Positions 1 to 8,790 of a DNA stretch of 32,000 nucleotides are shown here, one piece after another (the first letter of the stretch is position 1; every line of letters begins with the position of its first letter). The stretch lies in the NCBI GenBank assembly GCA_000503915.1, contig CP006915.1:630001-662000 (forward strand), written 5' to 3'. This stretch comes from Candidatus Saccharimonadota bacterium. GTDB taxonomy: Bacteria; Patescibacteriota; Saccharimonadia; Saccharimonadales; Saccharimonadaceae. The notes under the pieces are model-generated. The model searched no databases. It saw only the letters and a list, made by a program, of their open reading frames with translations, and was not told the origin of the DNA. The position numbers were made by a program, and so were the translations under genes.

Positions 1-193
1 GGCTCTCGACTATTTCGAGATCGGCGAGTTTCTCGACACGCGCTAGGCGGTGTTCGTGGTTGTCGGTCTTGTCGAGCTCGTGCAACTCTTTGATGATGCG
101 TTGTTGCTTGCGCTCGAGCTTAGCGACGGACTTTTTAAGTTCTTTCATGCCTTTTTTGCTGAGAAGAATAGTTTTCTGTTGGATTGTTTGCAT
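1..193 (-). CDS. GreA/GreB-family-like transcription factor, N-terminal coiled coil only (3' end outside window)
   Basis: Not in the ORF track because it runs off the left edge. The minus-strand ATG at 193-191 is preceded by GGAGGG (cggagggataaatATG). It translates to MQTIQQKTILLSKKGMKELKKSVAKLERKQQRIIKELHELDKTDNHEHRLARVEKLADLEIVES..., a charged helical hairpin-like N-terminus. The canonical acidic tip motif is not obvious, so the family call is tentative. Confidence 0.35.
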   Translation of the reverse strand, partial: MQTIQQKTILLSKKGMKELKKSVAKLERKQQRIIKELHELDKTDNHEHRLARVEKLADLEIVES

Positions 194-259
194 ATTTATC
201 CCTCCGTTTTAGTTCTCGTGTTCTTGTTTGTCGGCGGATAGTACCACCGTACGCCATTT

Positions 260-290
260 ACTATACGACTTGAATCTGAGAGGAATCTGA
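260..290 (-). promoter_or_regulatory. Putative promoter of the greA-like gene: TATAGT -10 box, with two phased direct repeats where the -35 box would be
   Basis: The minus strand reads TCAGATTC-ctc-TCAGATTC-aagtcg-TATAGT. The repeats are GAATCTGA on the plus strand at 272-279 and 283-290, an 11-bp period. Confidence 0.3.
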
Positions 291-306
291 AAAAATCGTC
301 AAAAAA

Positions 307-1332
307 CTAACGATTTTTTCGTACATGGGGTAAGGACACTCGAAACGTCGTCAGCTTACCGGGGGTGCTGCTGGCTTGAATCTGTCCGTCATGAAGCTCG
401 ACGATCTTTCGAGCCAGTGACAACCCGAGCCCGTAGCTCTTGGTAGTCTGGCGTGAGGTACGAGAGCGATCGGCACGGTAGAAACGCTTGAAGATATGCG
501 GCAAGTCCTCCTGACTAATCCCCTGCCCTTCATTACTAATCTCAAGCTTCGCGGTGCGGCCGTTTGACGATAAGGTGACTCTGGCGACCGTGTCTGGTGG
601 GCTGTACTTGAGCGCGTTGTCGAGTAGGATGGCTGCCAGATCACCGATCATGGTAATATTGCCGTCTATCAGCACGGCATTTTTGGGATGGTGGAACTTT
701 ATTCTGCGGTTTCGCTCGCTTGAAAAAGTGGCGACTGCCGAAGTGAGGATAGCCGTGAGATTGACGCGCTCGCCACGCGGGATATCGGAATAGTCGAGCC
801 GAGAAAGCTGGAGTAAAGTCTGTGACAAGCCGGCTAATTTGTCGACTTCTTCGAGGTTGCTTTCGAGCGTCTGGCGAAGCTCCGCGGGGGTGATGTGTTT
901 ATCGCGCAAAGCCACCTGGATTTCTGATTTCATAACTGCGAGCGGCGTCTTGAGCTCGTGACTGGCGTCACTCGTAAAACGCGACTGGGCTTCGTGTGCC
1001 GCTTCGATCGGCCGGAGTGTACGACGTGCCAGCAGGAATGAAACGATACCACCGATACCAAGCACACTGAGATTCATATAAAGGAGTCCAAAAAAGATGC
1101 TCACTTTTGCTTCGCGCGTTTGGTGCATGCGTACTTCGTTGAGCGTCGTCGTACCGGGCAGTATCAACGTCTGACCACCCTCGAGACGTATTTGGAACTG
1201 CTCTAGGCGGCTACTGATCTCGTTGGTCGAGAGCTCAAAGATCAAGCCGCTAAACAGTAGACTGACGACCATGATAACGAGTAAGTACCAGGCGGTTAGC
1301 TGGAGAGTAGCGGAAGCGAACATCTGGCGCAT
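307..1332 (-). CDS. Sensor histidine kinase (2 TM, HisKA + HATPase_c)
   Basis: H-box FTSDASHELKTPLAV. N, G1 and G2 boxes LDNALKYSP, ISNEGQGI and YGLGLSLARKIVELHDG. Two N-terminal hydrophobic segments. Lies 3 nt downstream of the response regulator gene. Confidence 0.85.
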   Translation of the reverse strand: MRQMFASATLQLTAWYLLVIMVVSLLFSGLIFELSTNEISSRLEQFQIRLEGGQTLILPGTTTLNEVRMHQTREAKVSIFFGLLYMNLSVLGIGGIVSFLLARRTLRPIEAAHEAQSRFTSDASHELKTPLAVMKSEIQVALRDKHITPAELRQTLESNLEEVDKLAGLSQTLLQLSRLDYSDIPRGERVNLTAILTSAVATFSSERNRRIKFHHPKNAVLIDGNITMIGDLAAILLDNALKYSPPDTVARVTLSSNGRTAKLEISNEGQGISQEDLPHIFKRFYRADRSRTSRQTTKSYGLGLSLARKIVELHDGQIQASSTPGKLTTFRVSLPHVRKNR

Positions 1333-1335
1333 AGG

Positions 1336-2010
1336 CTACTTGTCTTCCAATTTGTAGCCGAAGCCGCGAATCGTTTGCAGTAAGGACGTTTTGAATGGCT
1401 TGTCGATTTTCGTGCGCAGGTATTTTATATAGACCTCAACCGTATTGGGGAGGATATCGGCGTCGTAGTCCCAGACATGCTGGATGATCATGTCTTTATT
1501 GGCCGGGCGATGCTTGTTGCGTAGGAGATACTCGAGCAAGCTAAACTCTTTGGCGGTTAACGTAATGTCCTGGCCCGCTCTGGTGACGCGTTTGTTGACA
1601 GTGTCGAGCTCGAGGTCGGCGATATTGAGAGTGTTTGGTTGGTGCGAGGCGGGACGGCGGAGCAGCGCACGCAGTCGTGCCAATAGTTCCTCGATAGCGA
1701 AGGGCTTTGTCAGGTAATCGTCGGCGCCGCTATCAAGCCCCATCGTCTTGTCTTCGATGCGGCCGAGGGCAGTTAAAAGCAGGATTGGCACATGGATTCC
1801 TTGCTCGCGGACGGCCTTAACGATCCCGATGCCGTCGTACTCGCCGGGGATCATGCGATCGATAATCATCGCATCGTATGGTTCGGTCGTTGCCATGGCA
1901 TAGCCATCATCACCGTCATACGAAACATCGACGGCGTAATGCTCTTGCTCGAGCGCTCGCTTGAGCGCCTGGGCAATCTTATGTTCATCTTCAACAACAA
2001 GAATACGCAT
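1336..2010 (-). CDS. OmpR/PhoB-family response regulator
   Basis: Receiver domain MRILVVEDEHKIA...DAMIIDRMIPG...LLLTA...KPF. C-terminal winged-helix LTAKEFSLLEYLLRN...VEVYIKYLRTKID...IRGFGYKL. Confidence 0.9.
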   Translation of the reverse strand: MRILVVEDEHKIAQALKRALEQEHYAVDVSYDGDDGYAMATTEPYDAMIIDRMIPGEYDGIGIVKAVREQGIHVPILLLTALGRIEDKTMGLDSGADDYLTKPFAIEELLARLRALLRRPASHQPNTLNIADLELDTVNKRVTRAGQDITLTAKEFSLLEYLLRNKHRPANKDMIIQHVWDYDADILPNTVEVYIKYLRTKIDKPFKTSLLQTIRGFGYKLEDK

Positions 2011-2057
2011 GTTCTACCTATGTATAGTATAGCCTATGCCTGAGAACGAACTGAGAT

Positions 2058-2363
2058 TTAATCGGAGTATTTCGCTGTCCAAGCATGCATGCCCTCAAGG
2101 ATTGGCATGAGGTCGTGGCCTTTCTTGGTAAGTATATACTCGCAGCGTGTAGCCGAAGTAGGCTGCTTGGAAATAATACCAGACTCCTCGAGCTTTACGA
2201 GTCGAGCCGAGAGCGTGCGCGGGTTGATCTCTCCGGCAGACTCCTGCAGCTGACAAAAACGAACAGTAGACTGGTTCAGAAAGAGGCGCAGAAGACGTGG
2301 CGTCCACTTGTCGCCGAGTATATCGGTGGCCGCATCGAGACAGCCAATCGTTTCCATCTTCAT
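2058..2363 (-). CDS. HxlR-family winged-helix transcriptional regulator
   Basis: LGDKWTPRLLRLFLNQSTVRFCQLQESAGEINPRTLSARLVKLEESGIISK...EYILTKKGHDLMPILEGMHAW matches the HxlR pattern. I use the internal ATG at 2363 (MKMETIG...). The 186-aa track ORF would overlap the divergent gene and encodes an implausible N-terminus. Confidence 0.8.
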   Translation of the reverse strand: MKMETIGCLDAATDILGDKWTPRLLRLFLNQSTVRFCQLQESAGEINPRTLSARLVKLEESGIISKQPTSATRCEYILTKKGHDLMPILEGMHAWTAKYSD

Positions 2364-2427
2364 CGTACTTATAACTATACATTGTCTAGCAAGAATCGTC
2401 AAAGTAACTATCGTATATACTAGTACT

Positions 2428-2964
2428 ATGAAGCAGTATGTCCATATGTTTGACCGTACGGTGACCGAGTGGGTGGCGCAGCTATTCTCGTCGAGCTGGC
2501 GGCCTTTCTTTCTCTTGCTTACGTTTATGGGTGAACCAGTGGTGACGATCGGTATCGGTGTGGTGGTGATGGTGTATGGCTTAACGCAGCGTAGCCGGCT
2601 GGTATGGGCGGGCGCCATGGTACCGCTTACCTTGTTTGCAGGATCGGCGCTAAAGCTGTTATTTGAACGGGCGCGGCCGATGACTGACTATGCGTCACAC
2701 ATGTATCTCAAGACGTTTAGCTTTCCGAGTGGCCATGCCAGTGGCTCGATGATCGCTTACGGGTTGCTTGCTTACCTTGCCCTGATGAAACTAACCCCGC
2801 CCCATAATTACATCGTCGCAGTTTGTCTCTTCACACTGCCATTTCTTATTGGTTTGTCACGCGTCTATCTCGGCGCACATTTTCCAAGTGATGTTATAGC
2901 CGGTTGGCTGCTCGGATTGCTGGCACTCGCCATTATTATTTTTGTTATCAGGCCGCTCGGATGA
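2428..2964 (+). CDS. PAP2-family lipid phosphate phosphatase (undecaprenyl-diphosphatase-like)
   Basis: All three PAP2 motifs are present: KLLFERARP, PSGH and SRVYLGAHFPSDV. Multiple TM segments. Start moved to the ATG at 2428 (MKQYVHMF...). A TATACT box at 2416-2421 lies 6 nt upstream, so the mRNA may be leaderless. Confidence 0.8.
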   Translation: MKQYVHMFDRTVTEWVAQLFSSSWRPFFLLLTFMGEPVVTIGIGVVVMVYGLTQRSRLVWAGAMVPLTLFAGSALKLLFERARPMTDYASHMYLKTFSFPSGHASGSMIAYGLLAYLALMKLTPPHNYIVAVCLFTLPFLIGLSRVYLGAHFPSDVIAGWLLGLLALAIIIFVIRPLG

Positions 2965-3827
2965 AAGTAGTACTTATACATAACTCTTTATCCGGGCAAA
3001 ATATGACACTGCCTCAGCTGAAGAAAATGTTTCGTCGTCACAAGGTGACTGTTACGGATTCGTTCTCCGCCCGTCAGCTAAATTCGGCTAAGCTTGCCGC
3101 GCTGGTACAAAGAGGCGTTACCGTAGCGGTGGTAGGTGGCGATGGGACGCACAGCAATGTCGCCGAACTTATTGCTGGCACAAAATCGACACTATTGCCT
3201 TTGCCCGGTGGTACGTTCAACCATTTTGTGCGTGATTTGGGGATGGAAAGCGATATCGAGGCTGTTCTCGGGCACCTTGATGATGCGAGGAAGCGGATGA
3301 TTGATGTGGCGTACGTCAATGGACGCCTATTCCTCAATAATTCCAATATCGGCATGTATCCATTTAGTCTCCTAGAGCAGAAAAAGACGCGCCGTATCGT
3401 TGGCAAATGGCTGGCAGCGGCTTGGACGGCGGTGATCCAGATGGTTGAGTTCCGCCGACACCGGTTGAATATCGACGGTCGAAACATTAGGACGCCATTT
3501 GTATTTGTTGGTAATAATGAATACGATTTGCAGGCCATCGGGTTACCGCCCAAGACGACATTGGTTGGTGGCAAGCTGTTTGTCGTCGTATCAACCTCCT
3601 CAACGCGTTTTGGATTTATGAAGGCTGTCTTTATGGCGGCGCTCGGCAGAGCCCGCCAGCACGACGAGCTCGAAATCGACCAGCCAAGTCAGCTCACGAT
3701 CGATAGTCCTCATAAAAAAATTGCTATTAGTTACGACGGTGAGGCAGTAACAACGATACCGCCGCTACATTACCACATCGAGCCAAAACATCTACGCGTT
3801 ATGTATGTGCCGAAAAGTGATGTATAA
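2961..3827 (+). CDS. Diacylglycerol-kinase-catalytic-domain lipid kinase (YegS/DagK-like)
   Basis: MKVVLIHNSLSG... and the VAVVGGDGTHSNVAELI (GGDGT) motif. The ATG at 2961 overlaps the PAP2 stop (ATGA). Confidence 0.75.
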   Translation: MKVVLIHNSLSGQNMTLPQLKKMFRRHKVTVTDSFSARQLNSAKLAALVQRGVTVAVVGGDGTHSNVAELIAGTKSTLLPLPGGTFNHFVRDLGMESDIEAVLGHLDDARKRMIDVAYVNGRLFLNNSNIGMYPFSLLEQKKTRRIVGKWLAAAWTAVIQMVEFRRHRLNIDGRNIRTPFVFVGNNEYDLQAIGLPPKTTLVGGKLFVVVSTSSTRFGFMKAVFMAALGRARQHDELEIDQPSQLTIDSPHKKIAISYDGEAVTTIPPLHYHIEPKHLRVMYVPKSDV

Positions 3828-3834
3828 TCACGGT

Positions 3835-4968
3835 ATGAAAGTAAACATCGACGCCTCAACCCGTACATTTATCCGTTTTTGGCTGGTGCCACTGGGGATT
3901 TTCCTAGCCGGGCTGGCGATCTATAGTGCTCGTACTGCCCTCGTCATTCTTGGCACTGCCTTCTTCTTGGCGCTGGCATTGAATGCACCAGTTAGTCGGC
4001 TGGCACGGTATTTTCCGGGTAATAGCCGGGCGGCAAGTACGGCTGTTGCTTATATCTTGGTAGTTGCCCTACTCGGTGCGTTTATATTTCTAGCCGTTCC
4101 GCCAATCATTCAGCAAACGGCGAAGTTTATCCAGACCGTTCCCTCGCTTGTCACTACAGCGCAGGAACAGTGGCATGGCCTCGACCGTCTGATCACTGAA
4201 TATCATTTGCAATCCCAGGTTGATCAGCTGACGGATTCGATCAAAAATTCAACTTCTACCTGGGCGTCAAGCGCTGGCAGTAGTGTCGTTAGCGGTATCG
4301 GCTCATTCTTCTCGATTCTCACTGGCACCATCCTGGTGTTGGTACTGTCATTCTTGATGCTGATCGAGGGGCCAGCCTGGATGCGTCGTATCTGGGGTCT
4401 CTATACCGACCAGAAAAAGATGGCGTTTCATAAAAATGTCGTACACCGTATGAACGCGGTCGTGTCGGGCTATGTCACCGGCCAACTGACCGTTTCAGGA
4501 CTGGGTGCACTGGCCGCCGGCACGATGGTATTTATCCTTAGCTTCTTCTTTAATATACCAAGTAACCTAGCGATTCCGACCGCAGCAATTACCTTTGTCC
4601 TGTCGCTCATACCAATGTTTGGTGCGACGATCGGCGGTCTATTAATTGCTTCCCTGCTCGCCTTCAATGACATCGGAGCGGCGATTGTCTATGTCGCCTT
4701 CTTTGTGGTTTATCAGCAAATCGAAAATAATTATATTTCACCAACCATCCAGTCGCGTCGGTTGGAACTTTCGGCGCTCGCTATCTTGACGTCAGTGGCT
4801 ATCGGCTTGTATCTCTTTGGCATTGCCGGTGGTGTTATCTCGATCCCGATCGCTGGTTGCATCAAGGTTCTAATTCAAACCTATCTCGAGCGCAACCGTA
4901 CCGTTGCTGACGAGCCGGAGCATCCGGTCGTGAAACTTGTCAAAAAAGCTCGCAACAAAGCCGTCTAA
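3835..4968 (+). CDS. AI-2E (PerM/UPF0118) family transporter
   Basis: About 8 TM segments. Characteristic C-terminal region VVYQQIENNYISPTIQSRRLELSALAIL...GGVISIPIAGCIKVL. Start taken at the ATG at 3835. Confidence 0.75.
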   Translation: MKVNIDASTRTFIRFWLVPLGIFLAGLAIYSARTALVILGTAFFLALALNAPVSRLARYFPGNSRAASTAVAYILVVALLGAFIFLAVPPIIQQTAKFIQTVPSLVTTAQEQWHGLDRLITEYHLQSQVDQLTDSIKNSTSTWASSAGSSVVSGIGSFFSILTGTILVLVLSFLMLIEGPAWMRRIWGLYTDQKKMAFHKNVVHRMNAVVSGYVTGQLTVSGLGALAAGTMVFILSFFFNIPSNLAIPTAAITFVLSLIPMFGATIGGLLIASLLAFNDIGAAIVYVAFFVVYQQIENNYISPTIQSRRLELSALAILTSVAIGLYLFGIAGGVISIPIAGCIKVLIQTYLERNRTVADEPEHPVVKLVKKARNKAV

Positions 4969-6392
4969 AGATAATACCAAACACTGCCACTGAGGGTGTC
5001 GCGTACGGCGACACCCTTTTCAATAAGTGCGTCGCGTAGTTCGTCGGAACGTCGCCAATCTTTATTTTCCCGTGCTCGCTGACGCTCAAGGATGAGCTGC
5101 TTGCTTTTGTCGTCAATATCAGGCGTGCTCGTTAGTAGATCAATGCCGAGGAGCTCGTTGATTGCCTCAAGTAGTGCGATCAGGCTGTTATGATGAATGC
5201 GCTCCAGGCTGCGAGTTTCTAAATGATTAAATGCTTCATCGATTAGCGTGAGTGCCCGAGGCGTATCGAGATCATCCGCCAATGCTTCGGTAATGACATG
5301 CGGCGTGGCAAGCAGTGAGATGCTCGACGCATCGGTATCTTTTTCGTCGTCATCTTGCAGTGTGTCGTGTGTCTGGTGGCGTAGAACCGCGGCGGCCTGC
5401 CAGTTTTTTAAGCGGTTGGCGCTGGCATCGAGAATCTCCCAGGTAAAGTTGCCCTCGGTGCGGTAGTGCTTTGAGAGTACCAGTAGTTTGAAAGCGTTTA
5501 GATCGTAGCCTTTGTTCACAATATCATCAAGCGTGTAAATATTATCGAGGCTCTTGCTCATTTTAGTGCCATTAACCTTGATATGGTTGGCATGCACCCA
5601 AAAGTGCGAAAAGGGCTTACTGGTAAGGGCTTCAGTTTGGGCAATTTCATTGGTGTGATGCACTGGAATATGGTCGATGCCGCCAGTATGAATGTCGATC
5701 TGCTCGCCCAGAATGTCCATCGCCATGGCGCTACATTCCAGATGCCAGCCCGGAAAACCTTTACCCCACGGACTGTCCCACTCCATGTCACGTTGCTGGT
5801 CTTTTGGACTGAATTTCCAGAGTGCAAAATCGGTCGGATTTTTTTTGCCCGTATCGGCCACGCGAGCACCGAAGTGGAGGCCTTTGATATCAAGCCGCGC
5901 CAGTTTTCCATAGTCCTTCAGTTTATCGGTATCAAAGTAGATACCATCCTTAATCTGGTAGGTAAAGCCTTTCTTCTCAAGCTCCTCGACAAGTGCAACC
6001 TGCTGAGCGATATAGTCGGTTGCGCGCGGCATATGTTCAGGACGGAGAAGTTTCAGTGTGTCATAGGCTTCGTGATCAGCAATGTCGATATATTTCTGTG
6101 CCACATCCCAGGCGGTTTTGCCTTCTTTTAGGGCACTTTTTAGCATCTTGTCTTCGCCAGCATCGGCATCATCGGTTAGATGGCCGACATCGGTGATGTT
6201 TTGCACACGCTCAACTTTATAGTCGAGTGCACGTAGTGTTCGAACTAACACGTCCCAATAGATGTAGGCCACCCAGTTGCCAATGTGTGGCTGCGAGTAA
6301 ACGGTCAGTCCGCAGGTGTAAAGCTTGACGGTATTACCGACAAGCGGCGTAAACTCATCTTTTGTGCCAGTTAGCGTGTTATGCAATTTCAT
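4965..6392 (-). CDS. cysS: Cysteine--tRNA ligase
   Basis: Class I HIGH variant (PHIGNWVAY) and KMSKS (TKMSKSLDN). Full-length similarity to CysS, including the WHLECSAM zinc site region. Confidence 0.95.
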   Translation of the reverse strand: MKLHNTLTGTKDEFTPLVGNTVKLYTCGLTVYSQPHIGNWVAYIYWDVLVRTLRALDYKVERVQNITDVGHLTDDADAGEDKMLKSALKEGKTAWDVAQKYIDIADHEAYDTLKLLRPEHMPRATDYIAQQVALVEELEKKGFTYQIKDGIYFDTDKLKDYGKLARLDIKGLHFGARVADTGKKNPTDFALWKFSPKDQQRDMEWDSPWGKGFPGWHLECSAMAMDILGEQIDIHTGGIDHIPVHHTNEIAQTEALTSKPFSHFWVHANHIKVNGTKMSKSLDNIYTLDDIVNKGYDLNAFKLLVLSKHYRTEGNFTWEILDASANRLKNWQAAAVLRHQTHDTLQDDDEKDTDASSISLLATPHVITEALADDLDTPRALTLIDEAFNHLETRSLERIHHNSLIALLEAINELLGIDLLTSTPDIDDKSKQLILERQRARENKDWRRSDELRDALIEKGVAVRDTLSGSVWYYL

Positions 6393-7362
6393 GGAGTGCC
6401 TTGTCGGTAGCGGTTACGAGCTCGTGGACTATCTTGTCGTATTCTTCGTAGACACGGAAACCAGATGCATAGGGGTGGCCACCGCCACCGAAGTAGCCGG
6501 CAATCGTCTCAGATACCGGCTGATTGGAGCGCAGCTTACCGGTTAGTTTACCATCGGGATAGGTCTTGATGGCTACAGCGACCTCGACGTTCTCGACCAA
6601 ACGCATCTCATCGAGTACTAGTACACTCGGGTTGTACTGGTCACTGTAAGCCTGGATGTCTTCCCAAGGAATGTGTACCAATGCCAGTTTGCCATCAAGC
6701 AGGTATTCGATACGACCGATGAGCTCGCCTTTATAGCGCAAGATTTCCGGTGATTTCTTCATGAATTCGCGACGACGCTCTTCGATCGCGGCGACATGTG
6801 CACCGAGCTCGGTTAGTTCAGCAGCAATACGATAGCTTTCTGGTGTTACGGTCTGCGTGGAGAGGCCAAGGCTGTCAGCGAGCTGCGCAACCAGTAGATC
6901 TTCTGCAGCTTGAGTACTTACCTGCCACCCAGCTTTTTTTGCCAACTTAAAGATAACCTCACTAGTTGATATCGCTTTTTCACTGGCCAGCATAGTATGG
7001 TCGAAGCTAAGCGTACTGGCGGTCGTATGGTGATCGATGACCAGTACCGGGCGAGTTTCAAGGAAGTGGCGAATGCCATGTGTTTCAAGTATCTTCGTGA
7101 GTAAAACGTCAGCGCTGGTATCAAGAATAATCGCCAGATCAGCTTTGGTATCAAATCCTAGCTCGACGCGATCCCAACCTTTTACATAGCGTAGGTACTT
7201 TGGAATATCGACTGGACAGTACAGCGAGACTTCCTTCCCTAGGTCGCCAAGGATTTCCTCAAGCGCTAACGCACTCCCCAGGCTATCACCGTCCGGGTTC
7301 TCGGCTTGGATGATGACTATGCGTGATGCATCGGTAATGAGTTTTGTAGCAATTTCAAACAT
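6379..7362 (-). CDS. DHH/DHHA1 phosphoesterase (NrnA-like oligoribonuclease/pAp phosphatase)
   Basis: Motifs DGDSLGS, ILDTS, VIDHH and the DHHA1 motif GGGGHPYASG. Confidence 0.8.
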   Translation of the reverse strand: MFEIATKLITDASRIVIIQAENPDGDSLGSALALEEILGDLGKEVSLYCPVDIPKYLRYVKGWDRVELGFDTKADLAIILDTSADVLLTKILETHGIRHFLETRPVLVIDHHTTASTLSFDHTMLASEKAISTSEVIFKLAKKAGWQVSTQAAEDLLVAQLADSLGLSTQTVTPESYRIAAELTELGAHVAAIEERRREFMKKSPEILRYKGELIGRIEYLLDGKLALVHIPWEDIQAYSDQYNPSVLVLDEMRLVENVEVAVAIKTYPDGKLTGKLRSNQPVSETIAGYFGGGGHPYASGFRVYEEYDKIVHELVTATDKALHEIA

Positions 7363-7367
7363 TAATC

Positions 7368-7841
7368 TTATTGTAACAGTTCTTGGTGGTGATGTGTGTC
7401 GTAGTAACGTTCTGAGTAGTTAGTGCCCGCTTTGATATCGATAAAAGCGCGGCGGAGTAGTGGTGGCATAGCTTCGGGTAGCTTATCCATATCAAACCAG
7501 GCAGCCTTATTGGCCTTATCGGGTTCGGTATTTGTCGGCGTACCATCATAGTCATTCAATTGAAAAAATAAAGAGACACGCTCATGGTCATACGTGTCGG
7601 CCGGATAGAAATGTACCAACGGTTCACTTAGCTGCTCAGCGGAAATTGTCAATCCGACCTCTTCTTTCAACTCGCGAATCGCCGCCGCGATCGGTCCTTC
7701 GTCTTTTTCAACATGACCAGCTGGCACCGTCCAGGAGCCATCTCGCCAACCAGTGTTGGCGCGGCGAAGCATAAATATCTGCCCTTTATCGTTTTTAACG
7801 ATTACCCAGACTGCGGGAATAATCGCATGATAATCTTTCAC
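7368..7841 (-). CDS. NUDIX hydrolase
   Basis: Nudix box GHVEKDEGPIAAAIRELKEEVGL. The GTG start overlaps the recR stop (GTGA). Confidence 0.8.
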   Translation of the reverse strand: MKDYHAIIPAVWVIVKNDKGQIFMLRRANTGWRDGSWTVPAGHVEKDEGPIAAAIRELKEEVGLTISAEQLSEPLVHFYPADTYDHERVSLFFQLNDYDGTPTNTEPDKANKAAWFDMDKLPEAMPPLLRRAFIDIKAGTNYSERYYDTHHHQELLQ

Positions 7842-8452
7842 AATGCTCGTCGTCCTTCTAAGGCATGGCCGAGTGTGATCTGATCGGCGTATTCCAAATC
7901 AACCCCGACCGGGATGCCGCGTGCCAAACGTGACATCGTGACATCGATACCGGCATCCTTGATATATCTTTGGAGAAATAGCGCGGTTGACTCCCCTTCT
8001 ACCGATGCATTGGTAGCGATAATCAATTCTTTCACGTTGTCTTGCCGTATGCGCATCACTAGCTCGGGAATATGTAGCTGCTCCGGACCGACGCCATCGA
8101 TCGGTGAAATTGCTCCACCGAGCACATGGTAGGCGCCCTTAAACTGGCCGGTACGCTCCAGTGCAACAATATCGAGCGGTTCTTCAACGACGGCAATAAG
8201 CGTCTTGTCACGCGTCGCGTCACTATAGAGCGGCGAAACATCTTGAGAGTCATCGATCAGAGCGAAAGTCACCGGGCACTGCTTGACGCCAGCGTGGACG
8301 TTATTGACAGCGTCGGCTAGCCGCTCGGCCGTGCGCGCGTCGTTTTTTAATAGAAAATATGCATAGCGCTCGGCGGTACGAGCACCAACACCTGGAAGCT
8401 GGCCAAGCGCATCGATTAAATTGGAAAGCGCTGAGGGAAGGATTTGAATCAC
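7838..8452 (-). CDS. recR: Recombination protein RecR
   Basis: N-terminal HhH LPGVGARTAERYAYFLL. A Toprim region (ATNASVEGESTALFL) and the C-terminal GIPVGVDLEYAD motif. Confidence 0.95.
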   Translation of the reverse strand: MIQILPSALSNLIDALGQLPGVGARTAERYAYFLLKNDARTAERLADAVNNVHAGVKQCPVTFALIDDSQDVSPLYSDATRDKTLIAVVEEPLDIVALERTGQFKGAYHVLGGAISPIDGVGPEQLHIPELVMRIRQDNVKELIIATNASVEGESTALFLQRYIKDAGIDVTMSRLARGIPVGVDLEYADQITLGHALEGRRAL

Positions 8453-8461
8453 ATGGTGCTC

Positions 8462-8752
8462 CTACATGCCTGGCAGATTAAGGCCACCCATGAGGGGCTT
8501 CATGGTCTCGGCGGCGATTTCCTGCGCTTTGGCTAGGCCGTCACGCACTGCTATCTCAATCCAGTGTTCCAGCTCACCGATATCATCGAAATCAACTCGC
8601 TCGGGGTCGATCTTGATACTATCGATCTTCAGTTCACCCGTAACGCGCACGACGACTGCACCGTCGCCGGCTTCAACCTCAACGATTTGTTTCTTCAAGT
8701 CTTTCTGCGCTTTTCGCAGGTCATTAAGCATTTTCATCTGGTTAAACGCCAT
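8462..8752 (-). CDS. ybaB: YbaB/EbfC nucleoid-associated protein
   Basis: 96 aa. MLNDLRKAQKDLKKQ...GDGAVVVRVTGELKIDSIKIDPE...LPGM is the typical YbaB layout, directly upstream of recR. Confidence 0.9.
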   Translation of the reverse strand: MAFNQMKMLNDLRKAQKDLKKQIVEVEAGDGAVVVRVTGELKIDSIKIDPERVDFDDIGELEHWIEIAVRDGLAKAQEIAAETMKPLMGGLNLPGM

Positions 8753-8790
8753 CTCTTGTAATCCTCTCTTGTTACTGTCTTTAGTATACG

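Noticed and set aside
50-241. 63-aa plus-strand ORF at the left edge.
   Set aside because: It is antisense to a better-supported minus-strand gene that has GGAGGG-ATG and a coherent coiled-coil sequence. The plus-strand product is Leu/Val/Phe-rich noise.
290-319. An AT-rich inverted repeat AAAAAATCGT-N10-ACGATTTTTT spanning the histidine kinase stop codon, considered as a terminator.
   Set aside because: The stem has only two G:C pairs and the stop codon sits in the loop. It may terminate weakly, but the support is too thin to list it as a feature.
2364-2618. N-terminal extensions of track ORFs: 2058-2618, 2308-2964, 2904-3827, 3805-4968, 14126-14701, 20571-21650 and 26956-27381.
   Set aside because: The extensions overlap neighbouring or divergent genes or structured leaders, and they begin at TTG, GTG or unlikely ATG codons. 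Internal starts give proteins that begin where family similarity begins.
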